Source of the DNA: Azolla caroliniana
Taxonomy: Eukaryota; Plantae; Polypodiophyta
NCBI GenBank assembly: GCA_043228905.1
Contig: JBHGNT010000010.1
Location: 5,518,001 to 5,582,000, forward strand
DNA: 64,000 nucleotides
Direction of reading: 5' to 3'
Both the position numbers and the translations under genes were made by a program. This document shows positions 25,930 through 40,247 of this stretch, piece after piece. How positions within the stretch are numbered: the first letter of the stretch is position 1; every line of letters begins with the position of its first letter. Under the pieces are notes generated by a model that saw nothing but the letters and a program-made list of their open reading frames with translations, ran no database searches and had not been told where the DNA came from.

Positions 25930-28900
25930 TAATATGCCGAGGATATCCTCGGGGGCGTGGGGTTGGTCAGGCTATTCGGAAGGTGGGGTTGGTGATAGGG
26001 GTTTTGTTGCCGAGTCCGAGATGGTTGTGTCTTTGCGTGGGCTGTCCTCTGTTGGTTCTGGTTCAAGTAGGCTTGTGGTCGTAGTTTGTTGTTCGTGTGT
26101 GATGTGGGTGTCTGTAGGGGCGGGTCCCTCTTGTCGGGCTTCCGTGGTGGTTGTTGTTGTGGGCTCTGGTTCATGGTAATCGGTCGTGGGAGCCCTGTTA
26201 GTCATGGTAGCTAGGCGTTCCTCCTCGTAAGCTTCGGCTTCTAAACGGAACATCATTTGATCGTCGTTGAATTCCTCTAGAAGTTGCTCGATTGCCGCGG
26301 TGTGGGATTCTGCTAAGGTATGATATTCCTCGGTCAAGTCTTCATGGAGGGTCTGAATGCTGGTGTCATCCATCTTATAGAACCCTCGACCCTCCTTCCT
26401 TTGGTTCTCGACATCCGCGCGTAATATGTGTAGTTCAGCGGCTTGGGCTGACCATTCCTGCCATACACGGTCAAGCGTTTCCTCGATCTTCTTGGTGAGT
26501 TGCTGGCGATATTTGTTGATCAGGATCTTTATTCTAGTATCGTCCATGCCGATTTGAGCTCGGTGAGCTTCCACTTCCTCCCTTGCGGCCTTGGTGTCTT
26601 CTTGGCATTTGCAGACGAGGAGCTCAAGAGTAGCTTGGTTATCCTTTGCTTTTGCGGTTATGAGCGCGATTGTTTGTTCGTAATGTTTGGTGAGTTGTGC
26701 TACAGTTTCGTCCACTTCCTTTCTCCAAGCATCCCGTTGTCGTTTCCTGGCTGCGATGTCCTCTGTTTGCAACTGGTGATAAGCATCGGAAATTTGCGCC
26801 CTTTGCTCTTTAGAGATCCTCCACTTTTGCATGTGTTCGTTTGCCAGTTCTTGTAATTCCTTTTGTTGACGATGTAATTCTTGGTTGTCTGTGAATAGCT
26901 CGCGTTCCCATTGGCTATTCCTCTCTTCTTCCTTGATGAATCATTCTTTGGCCTCGGTGATAGCGACCTGAAGGTTCATCACCTCTCTTTCTTGTGCTTT
27001 GAGCGCGACCGAGCTTTCGGCAAGCCGTCGCTTGAGGTCAGCTTCGTGGCCTGCGGCTTGTTCCCATAGTTGGCCAATAGTGTTGTTGTGGTTTTGTTTT
27101 GCTAGCTCGGCTCGAGCAATCTGGGCCTTGAGCTCGTCTTGGTAATCATGGAGGGGAGGCCCTATCTGGGTTGCAGCTTGCTGGTTCCGGGGATGGGGTT
27201 CCTTGTCTGTCTGTGTAGATCTCTCTCCATGACGACAGGCGGTCGTGGCGTTTGCATGGAAACGTGCCTGGTTTGGAGGCTCAATGTCCTATCTGTCGTT
27301 AGAGATGTTTCGTTGGTGGTGACGACAGTTGGTGGCACCGTTTGCATGGAGGCGTGGCTAGTTTGGGGGTGCAAGCGTTTATCTGCCAGTGACGATGTCT
27401 CGCTCGTCTATACCGAATCCGTCATTGTGCTTGCATCGACCGTGGCTACCCTGGGGTGAGCTCTGTCGTTGTTGTGTGCTTCGGTAACAATAGCACTCAG
27501 GCTCGTTTTTGGAAGAGGGGTTGGTGAGACATCGTTACTCGGGGCATGGAGGCTTAAGGGTGGTTGTTCTCGATGTTGCTGCTCCAATGACGCCAGTTTC
27601 TGCTCGGCAGCTTGCCATAGCTCGGTGGCCCGTCTGGCTTGCGGCTGTGTCATTTTGATACGTCGAGCCATGTCCTTGGCTGTCCGACTTGTGTGGTCCA
27701 AATTTCGATATCCCTCGACTAAGGCCGTGTTCAGATCTGGTAGCTCCATGAGGAGGGAAGCATTCTATGCTTGCTTCTTTCGACCTATCTTCTGTAAGGC
27801 TCGATCCTCTTGAGGTTCGAGTTCTCCCATTAGTCCGCATTGGATCATCTTTGTTTCTGTGTGCACCTCGGCCATACGAGCGGCAATAGCTACTTGGGCG
27901 CGTGCGAGGAAATCCATCAACTCATATGTTGTGCCCAGTCGAAGTAGTGCACTGAACTCATATGCCTTCACGGGGAGGTCTTTGTAACCGAGGACTTCCT
28001 CCTCTGATATCTGCATGGTTTGTCCATGCTCGATCCTGCCTGTGTGGAGCCATGACTCTACGGGGGTCCCCTCGGTTTGTGTGGTTGACTCACGATTGAT
28101 GCCTCGTTTCGTTTTCGACTGGTCCTGTGGTGTTGGCTCCTTGACTTTTCCTCTTTTGTTGCCGTATGCCCGAGGGCTGTTGGTTTGTGGGGCGCGGGCT
28201 CGGTTGTGGAGAGGGCATCGATGTCCTTGGTGTTTTCTGTCGTATGGTGACATCCTTAGTGATGGGCTCCTCGGCCTCGTCCCATTTGACACGGGTCACT
28301 GGTAACGCATGTTGCTTCTGTGTTTTTGGTGGGGTTGGTGCTGAGGTGGGAGTAGGATTTCGAGTGGCCGAGGGAGGTGGAGAGGGAGAGGGGTCTTCCT
28401 GGGTTAATGCCAAAATCTGCTCCCGCTATTTCCGTGGTGGTGGTGGAGAGGTGAGGATGCGACGAGGGGAAAACGAAGGAGGTGGGTAGAGGACTGTGAG
28501 GTAATGGGTCATCACAGGTAGCAATCGTTTACAGGATTGAAAAGACTCCAGTGCTGCATGGACTCCTTCGCCGGTGATGATTCCCCAATCAACTTTGTCG
28601 CCTTCGTACTCTTTGATGATGATGACAACCTTATTCTGTGGCATACTTGTGGGATTTGTATGCACAAAGGCGTATTCCATCAAAATTCGGGCGATCTCTC
28701 CAAAAGACTTGTTTGGTCCTCCGTAAGTGCGGTAAGCTTTTCCCGAAATCGAATACATCCCAAAGTATTCCCTGAGGGTCATGTGAGGAGGAATCTCGAC
28801 TTGATGTTCTCCTCCTCGCATAAGGTCCAGAGCGGCGCGAATCATATTGTTGGTCATTGTGTCGAGGTGGATTTTGCGTGCTATTGCTTGGGCGTTAGGG

Positions 28901-28989
28901 TGCGTTGGGGTGTCGATGACTCGTAAGTAGCCGCCCAATCCTCGCTGTTGTAGCCAAGAACGGGTTTCCTGCGATGCTGAGAGAGGCAT
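25930..28989 (-). pseudogene. Extra ORF3 of element C (globular N-domain, low-complexity linker, coiled coil), fragmented
   Basis: ORFs 28426..29088, 27765..28292, 27408..27749 and 25972..26832; N- and C-terminal blocks align by eye to ORF3 of element E. Confidence 0.75.
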
Positions 28990-29594
28990 GGTGGACTCGA
29001 TGGTTTGCTGACAGGGAGAGTGGGGGGGGGGGCGATGAGACGAGGGCGAGACAGAGAGATGGAAGAAGATTGTTGGGGAGGAAATCATTGTTCTGTGAAG
29101 GGGCCACGAGGGCGAGAGAAGGCCTGTTTGCGGGAGCGATGAGAACGAGAGAGAGCTTGGGAGCTTGAAGGTTGTGAAGGCAAGAAAGCTTCCGTGTGAG
29201 TGGTCGCGTTGTGTGTGGGGTAGCTTCTTTTATGTGACTGCTTAGGGTTTTGTGCAGGCAGAAGATCCTTTAGATTCTTGGTTGTGGCTGCCATAATAAG
29301 GTATTATGGCCACGCGTCATAGGAGTGCTTTGCCTTGTGAGGTGTGCATGTTCCTTAAATACTCTATTTTAATGTGAAGATGACTAGTTTGTGCTCCTAA
29401 GAATTTTTTTTTCTGATTTGGGATGATTTGTTAGGTGCTTTAGGTAAGGCGAATTTAAATGCTAAAACTATTCCTAATTTGACCTAATATACAATTTTGG
29501 TGGGTAGGTTATTATTTTATTGATGGGAGCACATGGCCTCCTTCGTGGCGTCGTCCATGAACTGGTATGTGCTGTGAGACTCGACGAAGGGATT

Positions 29595-32500
29595 TGTTGA
29601 GCGGCAAGCTCAACCGGATCCGGATCGACTGAATAAGCCTGAGCCGGATCGGCATCCGAAAGGATAAGCCAGATCGGTGAGCCAGCGAGCAATTGAGCCG
29701 ATGAGCTGGGGAGCCGGTTAGCTGGATCAAACAGTAACCGGAAGCCTAGTAGTAGCCTAGACTACTAGGTAATTAATAGTCTCGTAGTTAGTGTCAGACG
29801 CTCGTATGAGCATTGAAGTACGCAATACTTCTGTTAGTCCTCTGAGGACTTGTATAAATAGTGCTGTTGAGCACAATTTATATACACAGGGAACTATTAT
29901 TGCCCGGTAATAGATTTAATTTGTTCTGCTCTTTCTCTATCTCTCCCGCGTATTGTAAAGATTCCCATAAAACCTGTGTTTCTGTGTTCGGTTTTCTACT
30001 TGCTTCCGCACATAATCTCTTTTACATGGTATCAGAGCGCGAGGGTTGAGAACCTCTGCAGCCGACCTTAGCTCAAGAAGAAAACCTAACCTTCATAAAG
30101 AACAGGAAAAACAAAATGGACAGAGGAATGGCTAGCTCGCTCCCGGTGGAGAAGCTCGATAGAACCAACTACGCATCTTGGTCTTACAAGATGCACCAGT
30201 ACCTGCTTGGGCATGATTACTGGAGCTATGTCAATGGAGCTAACGACACAACACCTGATGCGACACACAAGAACTTCCCTGTGTGGGAACAAGCAGCAAG
30301 CAGAGTGATGTACTGCTTCGTGTCCAGTGTCGGAGACCAGCTGCTGAGCCATATTCGGTCTGTACGAGGGAGAATACGCCGTCATTTTTCGACTTACAGT
30401 TGATGCTCCTTGTAGAGGAGAACCACGTTGGTGCGTCAACAAGTGCACCCACCGATAGCCGGATGCTGTACATGGAGACGGATTGGCCCCGTGGGCGTGG
30501 TGGACGAGGCGGGTCGGCTCGCAATGGTAGCGGCCGGCAAGAGCAGGACCGAAGGCATAGAGAATGTGCCGACAGTAGTTCTGGACCCTCCACAAGCAGG
30601 GGGAGTCAAGGCGGCGTCAGAGGCTGACAAGCAAAGGCCGACATGGAATGCTGGTATTGTGGTAAAAAGGCCCACAAAGAAAGTGAGTGCTGGAAGAAGC
30701 GCGCTGATTCGAACGGATTCGGATCTAGCAAGGTCGGCAGAGAGAACCGACAATACTCACACTACACAGAAGGATCGAGAGGATCCAAAACCGGAAAAGC
30801 CGGTAAAGGGCCAGCCTTGGCCCTGAAACATGAGGCTAACTCGATGAAGAAGACCACTTCCAAGTCGGAGGAAGTGTGGTATGTTGATTCCGGTGCGTCG
30901 AATCACATGATGAGCCACAAAGAGTGGCTCTCTTTTGTGGAGAAACCGGAACAACCGGGAGTTGTCGAAACCGGAGATGACACTCAACCAATCGTGCATA
31001 TCGGAGAAGACCCTTTGAGCCACGTTGGATAGAGGGGGAAGCTGATGAACGTATTACATGTTCCGACTATCACAAAGAACCTAGTGTCAGTCGGTCAGAT
31101 TGTTGATCCGGGGATGCAGGTGCAGTTTATGCACCTTGGGTGCTTCATTGAGGAAGAGGGCCAGATTATTGCGCAAGGGCGCAGAGAAGGGAGGATGTTC
31201 ATCCTCAACACCAATGACGTCGACACTGCGTTGTTCGCCAAAGGACAGAAGATTGAATAAGATATTGATCTTTGGCACAAGCGGATCGTCCACGTCAATT
31301 ACCGGAGGCTTCAAGACTTTCAAACGAAACAAGTTGTTTTCGGTTTGCTGAAGTTTAGTGGCTGGAAGGCTCATGTATGTGAAGCCTGCCAACTTGGAAA
31401 GCAACACCGGCTTCCATTCCCCACCGAACGAAACCGTAGCCGTAACAAGCTCGACCTTATTCATTTGGATGTTTGGGGACCGGCATAGAACGTGAGTCTT
31501 GGTAGGAGTCGAGATTTCGTCTCCTTCATCGACGACTACAGCCGACACACGGATCTACCTCATTGAGCAGAAGAGCGAAGTCTTTGAGTGTTTCCGGAAC
31601 CTGCAAAGCCTAGTTGAATGGGAAACAGAGAGGAAGATCAAGTGCATGCGGTTGGATGGCAGAAAAGAATATTTTTCCGGCGAATTCCACAGTTATCTAT
31701 AGCAAAAAGGAATTCGGAGAGAGTTCAACTGCACATACACACCGTAACAGAATGGTGTGGCCGAAAGGAAGAATCGGTCGCTTATCGACACGGCGAGGGT
31801 AATGCTGGAGGAGAAGAGCATGCCCCATTTCTACTGGGTTGAGGCGGTCAGGACGACCGTCTACATCCAAAACTGGATCGGTGACAAGGTGTCCGTGCAT
31901 GAGCTGTATTTCGGGCGTAAACCGAATTTGAGACACCTTTGGATATTCGGTAGCATTGCAGATGTGCATGTGATGGATGAGAAGCGGAGGAAGTTGGATG
32001 CAAAGTCAGAGAAATGCATCCTAGTCGGTTACTCGCATGAGCAAAAGGGGTATAAGTGTTATAACCCCCGAACGAAGCAGGTCCGAGTTAGCCGAGATGT
32101 TGAGTTTGATGAGACGACATCATGGTATGCCTTACCGGCTCCGACTTCTGACCCCGACCCAATATCGGAGGATGAGGCTAGTGAGCCTAAACCGGTCCAA
32201 CTAGAAGATGAAGACGTCGACACTCTAGAAGAGAGTCTGATCTCATTTCGGTTAAGTGGACCGAATGAGCGGCTGACTCGGGATGACCAGTTGGATGAGA
32301 AACCGACGAGTAGTGGAGACTCTGCCGTGCTCTCCCCGCGCAAGGAACCGAGGAGACGGTTCACGCGCAAAGAAAAGGGGAAGAAGAAGATGTCGGCATA
32401 CGAAATCGGCACCGTTGAGTCGGATCGATGCGAATCTGACTTCGGAAAGGACCTGGCCAAGAAGGGCCCCAAACCGGGTAACGATAAGTTACGCCGGTCT

Positions 32501-34511
32501 TCCCGCCAGAAGAACCCTGTGACGCGGTACGGGTACAATGAGTACATGGCGCATCACTATGCGTACATGACCAAGGTGGCGGAAGTGCGTGAGCTAGAGA
32601 GCTACACAGAAGCGGCAAGGGACGCAAATTGGCGTGCCGCTATGGAGGAAGAAATGCGGGCACTTGATGCCAACAAAACATGGGACCTCGTTGACCCTCC
32701 CCAACACTGTAAACCGATCGGATGTAAGTGGGTATACAAGGTAAAGTACAATGCTGACGGTTCGGTTAACCGGTACAAGGCCTTGTTAGTGGCGAAGGGA
32801 TACACGTAGACCCACGGAATCGACTATGACGAGACCTTCACTCCAGTAGCAAAAATAACGACGGTTTGTGTGGTGTTGGCGGTTGCTGCGGCAAGGGAGT
32901 GGCATCTTCACCAGATGGACGTGAAGAATGCATTTTTTCAAGGCGACCTTGAAGAAGAGGTCTTTATGACCCAACCTCCTGGTCTCCAGACGGAGATGAA
33001 CAAGTTGGCGGTATGCCGGATGAAGAAGTCACTTTATGGCTTGAAGTAAGCCCCCCGAGCTTGGAATGCCAAGATTACGCACCGGTTGCGTAAGATGGGG
33101 TTTGCGGCCTCTAAGTTTGACTCTTCATTGTTCATTCGGCAAGGTCCGGACGGTTCGGTTTGCATCTTGTTGTATGTTGATGATCTAGTCATCACCGGAC
33201 CCGGACTCGATGAAATCAGCCGAGTCAAGTCCCAGCTGTGGGACACATTTGAGATGAAGGATATGGGGGACCTTCACTATTTCCTTGGGATCGAGGTGAT
33301 CCAAACCCCCGACGGCATATTGCTCTCAGAGAGACACTATGTGTTGAATATGTTGTACAAGTTCGGCATGACGGAATGCCGATCGATATCCACACCCCTG
33401 GACCGGAACCAGAAGCTCTGTCCCGACTCCGGACCGGCATGCGATGAGAAACTGTTCCGACAAATTGTTGGAAGCCTTATATATTTGACAATCACCCAAC
33501 CTGACATCAGTTATCCGGTCGGCGTGATTAGCCAATATATGCAGAAGCCGACCGTGGAGCACCTTCTGTGCGTGCATCAAATTTTGCAATAAGTGAGCGA
33601 CACGAAGGAACGTGGAATGTTATACTGGCTTGGTATAATTGAAGCTCTAGTCGGCTTCACGGATGTCGACTGGGCCGGTGATGCATTGGATCGCTGATCT
33701 ACCTCCGCCTACATTTTCTCCCTTGGTAGTGCAACTGTTGCGCGGAGCAACAAAAAGCAGCCAACAGTGGCTCTATCGAGCACTGAGGCTGAATACCGAG
33801 GCGCTACCGCTGCCACCTGTGGAGCCATTTGGCTTCGGTGCTTGCTGCAAGACCTGCGGATGGAGGTGTCGACCCCGATCTTGATCTTCTGCGACAACAT
33901 AAGCAGCATGGAGCTCGCCAAGAACCCTGTCTTCCATGCTTGCACAAAGCACATAGAAGTGCACTACCACTTCGTGCGTGAGCGTGTCCTGAGCACTGAA
34001 GTCGAACTTCGGTATGTTCATACGGATCGGCAAGTTGCCGATATATTCACCAAACCGCTCTGATCGGACAAGTTGCAACACTTCACCGAAATGCTTGGTG
34101 TTCAACATCTCAACGTGCCACACTTGAGGGGGAGAGCGGGCAAAGACATTGGAACATGCAAAGGCAAAGAGACTGCCGCTTGCGCCGGTGAGGGAAGAAC
34201 CGACAAAGGGGGAGACAAGAAGAAGAAAGGAGCTGAGTCGACAAAGGAAGTTACCACATTCGAACAAGTCGGAACAAGCGGCATCTGTGGCATAGTCAAG
34301 AAGGACAGAGCTGACTGGAAGAAGAAGGCCAAGACCCGGACATGGTCTGATGTGGTGAAGGACCTGGAACCGGAAAACAAATCGGGAGCGACCGATTCGG
34401 ACAAGAGCTGGAACGAATCAGAGACAGCTGATTCGGTTCAATAGACGGATTCGGAAGAACCGGATCATTTCAAGGCCAAGAGGATGAGAAGGCAACGAAA
34501 GTCGATGCCAA
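29595..34511 (+). mobile_element. Ty1/copia copy 2 (5' LTR 29595-30026; 3' LTR missing), nested in the integrase tail of C
   Basis: Same family LTR start tgttgagcggcaagctcaac, PBS tggtatcagagc, gag deletion near 30357, pol with many stops. Confidence 0.92.
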
Positions 34512-34885
34512 CCCCTTTCCTTCCCCCTTCCTTTTTTCTAGAATTACATTCATACCCCTCCCTCTTTTAGTAATTTTATCGTACCCCTCCCCCTTTCATT
34601 CTTCTTAATCTCACTCTACCCTTTCCTCCTCCACTTTAATTTCCAATCTACCCTCCAATTCTTCCTACCCCCCTCCTTTTTTCAAAGATCTCCATACAAT
34701 CTAACATACTTCACAATCCCTAACTCCCACCTCACACACTTCTCTCCTACCCTTCCTCTCTCTTTCTCTCTCACACTCCCCTACATGTTTTTCAAATAAG
34801 CCCATAAAATCTTCTATCCCACACCAAATATATCAAACCCCATATCTCCTACATCATCAAATTTGAACACACACACACACACACA

Positions 34886-34934
<49 letters not shown>

Positions 34935-35201
34935 CTTATCTTCCCTATATAAACCCCTCCAATTCTATATGGTCATGTGCACTGATGAGCTCCTTAGGAG
35001 CGAAACTAGTTTGCCACATCAACCATTTCTTTGTATTACTTTTTAAGTTTCTTAATATGAATTAGTTTTTAGTCTATTTCTCTCTCTCTAAACTTTGTAC
35101 ATCTCTCTCTCTCTCTCTCTCTCTATAATTCTCACTCTTAATCTCACATTCACCCACCGATTGTATATCGTTCGCACTCCTTGTATTGATCTCACGGTCT
35201 A
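34512..35201 (+). mobile_element. Pyrimidine-rich foreign segment with TATA and a hammerhead; probable Penelope-like element pseudo-LTR remnant
   Basis: Replaces the 3' end of copia 2 and about 35 bp of the C integrase; (CA)n/(CT)n tracts; TATATAAA at 34946 upstream of the hammerhead core. Confidence 0.55.
34975..35019 (+). ncRNA. Minimal type I hammerhead ribozyme
   Basis: AUGUGCA-CUGAUGA-GCUCC(UUA)GGAGC-GAAA-CUAG-UU-UGCCACAU: full catalytic core, 5-bp stem II, palindromic stem III, 7-bp stem I with one bulge. Confidence 0.85.
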
Positions 35202-36401
35202 GAATCCATTTACCCAGCTTTTGACGATGTCTCCGGCAAGTGTGCCAAGTTGTAATGTGCCGTTAAACTCGTCGATTATCCAGAAGGGGCCTGTTCATTG
35301 GAATCGTAATTTCCCCGGCATGGCACCGAGTTGTGTTTGGAAGACGAGTACCGGTTTGCCGATGGCAAGTGCTTTCTCCATACCTTTCCGATGACGATCT
35401 ACGAAGGCTTTGCGTTGTCGTTGGCGTTGTTCCAGTTGAGCCATGCTGGCCACTCGATGTTCGCCGAGTTCGAGGAGTTGTTCGAGCCGATATTGCTTTG
35501 ATTGGGCCTCGGGTAGCCTTTCCTTAGCCTGAACTCGGAGCCTCAGAACTTGGAACTCGATCGGCATGACTGCTTCCAAACCAAATGCCATCCGAAAGGG
35601 TGTAGATTGAATGCTAGTTTTAAATGTGGTGCGATACGCCCATATTGCACTTTGGAGCTTGTCATCCCAATCGGTGCGGTTCTCATTGACGATCTTTTTC
35701 AGGATTGTTTGCAAAATTTTATTAGTAGATTCCGCCAATCCGTTTGCCTGAGGATAGTATGGTGTACTTTTCTTATGTACAACCGCGTAGTGTGTAGTGA
35801 GCTCCTGAATTATGTGTTTCATAAAATGCCCACCTTGGTCACTAATGAGCTCGATTGGGCATTCATAACGGCACCATAGATGTTCGTAAATGAACTTTGT
35901 CATGGATGCAGCCGTGTTGTCCCGTAGTGCCTTAGCCTGGACCCATTTTGTGCAATAGTCCGTGGCCACGATTATATATTTGTTACCGGTGCGAGTCGTG
36001 GCTGGTTTGAAAGGTCCCACAAAATCTAACCCCCACTTTTGAAATGGTTCTAACGGGAGGATGGGTTGGTGCGGCATCCGGGCTTGCTCGGTCGGTTGTC
36101 CCATGCATTGACACAAATCGCACTGTTGACAGAATTCATGAGCATCTTTTTTCGTTGTAGGCCACCATAAGCCACTCTGCCATATTTTTCTTGCCGTGGA
36201 ATCTCCAGCGTAATGACCCCCCGCGATTCCGTGATGTGCCTCATGGAGGAAATCGTGTTTCTCGAATTGATGGATTGCACGACGCCAAATGTCGTCCGAG
36301 CCTTTGTGGTAGAGGGTGTCGGAGACTAGACAAAAGTTTCGGCTCCGGACAGCTAGTCGTTTCCGAGCATCGAGGGTCAGGTGGTCGGGACGAAGGTCGG
36401 T

Positions 36402-36856
36402 TATTAGAGATCTAGGTACTAAAGTAAGCTTAAGATAAGGATAAACAAATGATAGATAGAAAGGAGAAAGAGAAAGAAGGAAGCCGATCCACCCGACCAC
36501 CCCCGAGCGAAGGGATCGAGACGGACTCGAGCCTCGATCGGCGTCCCATACCACCGCCGTGGCGTCGAGTCGTACCTGGTGCTGGCGCGCTCGCTACAAG
36601 AGTTGACCCACCACAAGAGCAGAGTCTCGATGTAGTCAAAAGATCATCAAATGAGGGTAGCTAGGCCTCTTATTTATAGCGATACCCAAGGCCCCCAGGC
36701 AAGTTCACACGACACCTAATGGGTTGTCTCAATCCCGAGGATTAAAAGTAATCCTCCCCTTCTTTACACTCTCGTTTAACCCTCACACTTATCCACATGT
36801 ATAGAATACTACGGTAAATTCTCACCACGGGATATTAAATGGTCATGCCCGTAACA
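36402..36856 (-). mobile_element. Solo LTR (455 bp) inserted in the pol of C
   Basis: TATT(<TGTT)..AACA ends, TSD tcggt/ttggt; removal restores FLSTDLRPDHL; minus-strand TATAAATA near 36671. Confidence 0.8.
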
Positions 36857-39800
36857 TTGGTGCTGAGGAAATGGGTCATCTTAGTGATCCATTCATCTTC
36901 ATTTTCGTCTTCTTGACTAACTATGTGCCCGAGCAGATTCCCGCCTGTCACCAAGAACGCGCATTTTGCCGGATTTAAGCTCAACCGAGCTTGTCGACAT
37001 CGATGGAGACAGAGGCGTAACTGGGTCATATGCTCCAATCGTTGGCCATACACGGCAAAGTCGTTGAGGAAAACTTTCATGAACGCCGGGATATACTCGT
37101 TGAAAATCTCGGTGATGATGCGTTGGAATGTGGTCGGTGCCGTTTGTAGTCCGAATATTATTACCTCAGCCACGACGACACCCCATTCCATGACAAACAC
37201 CGTTTTCTCCTGATCGTCTGGGTGCATTCTGATTTGGTTATAGCCGTTGAACCCATCTAGAAAGCTGTAGCATTCATGACTAGCCACCGTGTCGAGGACA
37301 CTGTCCATGAATGGGAGAGGAAACCCATCCATGACTGTCGCGGCATTGCGTTTGCGGTAATCAACACAAACACGGATTTTCCCTTTTTCTTGGGGACGAC
37401 GACAGTTGGGCTTAACCATGTGGCTCTTTTTACTGGGTGTATAAAACCTACTCGGAGGAGCTTGTCGATCTCCTCTTTGACCTTAGCCGCGTAATTGGGG
37501 TTCATACGGTATCGTTGTTGTTTGATCGGCCGAGCGTCATGCAGGAGGTGTATTTGGTGTTGGTAATATTGGGGATCCAATCCCTTCATATCAGTGTAAG
37601 ACCATGCGAATACATCCTGATAATCCATGAGTAGGCATATGAGGGTTGACCGTTCGTCGGCTGGTAAGTTGTTAGCGATTTGTAGTGTACGCGGGTTCTC
37701 GTCGGAGCCGAGGTTGAGTGACTCGAGCGTTGCTGCTTTGACTCGATGGGAGATGGCGAGTTCTCATTCAAATGCATCCCGAGCGTGTCGTAATTCCTCG
37801 ATAGTTGTGGAATCTGGCTCGTCCTGGGGAAGTGAATCTTCTGTGACATCCTCGTCTGATGGTGTACCCCTTCCGCGTATAAGGGTGTGGTGTTGTGGGG
37901 CGTGGTTATGCATTCTTCTATTATTATCCATACCTTGGTCTTCCCCCGGCGGAAAGAGATCATATTTTGTTGCTAATGTTGCTTAATATTTGTTGTGCGT
38001 AGCCAGGGTCGTCCAAGCAGCATTGGGTAGGCGCCCGGGGCTTCGAGGCGTAACACGACTACCGAGATAGTGAACATGTGGCCTCCTAACATGAAGTCAA
38101 GGTGGCAGATTAACCCTATGGGACGAACCAATCGCGTATCGGCCATTCGAAGCCAAAAGGGGCAAGGTTCCCATTGGTTCAGACCAAGTGTGTGACATGT
38201 GTCCTCGCTAATGACGTTCATGCCGGAGCCACCGTCGATTATACATCCCTCAAGGTCGTGTCCCTTAATCATGATTTTCACGGGTGGATTCTGAGAATCC
38301 ATGAGGGGTGCGGCCGATTTGGCGTTAGTCGTGAGCGTAGCCAATGTATCCCGAAAGCGCGGCATGAGCGGTAAAAGCTTATGCAATGGCATCGAGATCG
38401 TAGAACTGGTAAGGGCGTCCCACAGATGGTCATCTTCTGCCGAGGTGGATGGTCCTATGGATTGTGGTGCTCCAATGGTCACGTCCTGCATCTCTATGTG
38501 CATCCGCTCAACGTTGCTTTTGTTGGCGGTGTCAATCCATTCCTTGGCTGCTTGTTGGACTTCATCTTGTACTTGCCATTGGGTAGCCTGGGTTTTGCTA
38601 TGTGTAGTAACGTGTTGAACGTTTGCCATAATACTATTCACGGTCGGGGCCTTACCGCGGTTCATGGTTGGGCATTGGGTAGCGTAGTGGCCGGGTTGGT
38701 TACACTTAAAGCAGGTAACCGATGCTAAGTTGCTGGTGTCATCGTGATCAATGTGTGGGAGAGGGTGTGAGCGATTCCCGGCCTCTTGTGTAGGCGTGTT
38801 GGCCTGTGGCGCTTTATGGGGACGAGAGTTGCGCGGTACGTTTTGAGGAGGGTCCCGATGACGATTGTCGTTATGCTGTCGATTGTTCTGCGAACCTCTG
38901 TGAGAGTTCCTTCTATCGTTTTGTGAATACCGTTGATCGTACCGGTCATCTTGGTCGTCGTCGTATCGGTCATACTCATCGTTTGCTCTATATTGGTCAT
39001 CGCGGTATTGGTCACAGCGGTCATCCGATCTCCTGTGGTCGTCGTCACGGCATTGACGATCCGAGGATCGTGGTTGCTCATTATCCTGATGTCAGTAGGA
39101 TTGATGCTCGTCCTGACGTGAGTATGTATTTCAAGTCTCGATCTGGCGAACCGGAGTCGTCGTCGTGCGGTTGAGCATGTTGTATTCACATTGTTCGATC
39201 AGGTGAGATCGGGACTGACAGATTGGACAATGTGGCCGGCGAGGGCACTCAAGAGCTAGATGGCCCGAGCCCGAGCAAGTTGTGCATTGGAGGGCTTGTC
39301 GGAAATGATTGTCCTCCTGAGGAAGGGTGCTTTGCAAAGAGCCCATGGAGAAAGCCGTGCTATGCTGTGTTTGATCGATGGCGAGGACGCGTGCGATGAC
39401 TTGCTCGATTGTCTGGTTAGAGAAATTGGTAAGTGTGAGAGTTGTCCGTAGAGGCTCCTGTAGGCTGGAAAGGAAGGTATCCAGAATGTGATGTGCGGAG
39501 ACATCCTCGACCAGTTGTCGATAGAGATCCTGAAATCGGATTGTGAACTGGGCGACCGTCTCGTGAAAAGAATTGCCAAAGGAGCAGTTCACGCTTCAGA
39601 ACTTCGTGGTGAAATAATTCTAGAAACTTTGTTCAGATGTCCTGGAACGTTGTGACCTCCCCCATGTCGAGGCGAGAATACCATTGAGCAGTCGGGCCAT
39701 TGAGGTGGCCGATAATTCCGCGATTTTGGAGGACTCAATTTTGGTAGCCAATAACCGCTGCGTCGAGTGGTTGGCCTGCCATGTGAACACGAAAGCACGG

Positions 39801-40247
39801 GTGTGCGATTCCGCGTTTGGGCCGTCTGTATAACGTGGGTAAGGGTAAGGCATGGTATCGAGATCTGGGTTTTCAAGTAAAGTCCGGAAAGGGTTAGGGT
39901 CAGATTGGGTGACCTCTAGAGGGCTTGGCGGGGAGATAAGTGTGGAATCAACTCGTGACTGGGTATCAGGTGGCGAGGATTGCAACCGGTGGGCCTCCGA
40001 TAGTTCCTAGAAAGATTGGTCAGTGACCGCCAAGTTGGAAGTTCCTTTGACTGGCTCAGGGCATCGGGCGGGTGGCCGAGACCGCGTGATGTGATTGGGT
40101 GTCGTAATGGCGGTTGAGGTTTGCCTCCTACGTAGTTCGTTGTGACCTTACAACTGTAACCAGGCGTGCCAAATTGTGTTAACCGTTTTTGGAGGAAACA
40201 CCTTCGATGAGCCCTCATGCTATCAATATCAAACAGTCGTGGTACAT

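Larger units (their letters stand above)
25288..40247 (-). mobile_element. Element C: non-chromovirus Ty3/gypsy with an extra 3' ORF; 3' LTR 25288-25790, 5' LTR end 40177-40247 (interrupted); decayed and with nested insertions
   Basis: PBS TGGCACGCCTGGT at 40171-40159; gag with two Zn knuckles (CTTCSGSGHLALEC, CPICQSRSHLIEQC), protease IIDGGSG, RT, RNase H deleted, IN (KWGLDFVGP, PQANGLAE, GPF). The two LTR ends differ at about 7 of 69 nt, so it is old or chimeric. Confidence 0.85.
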
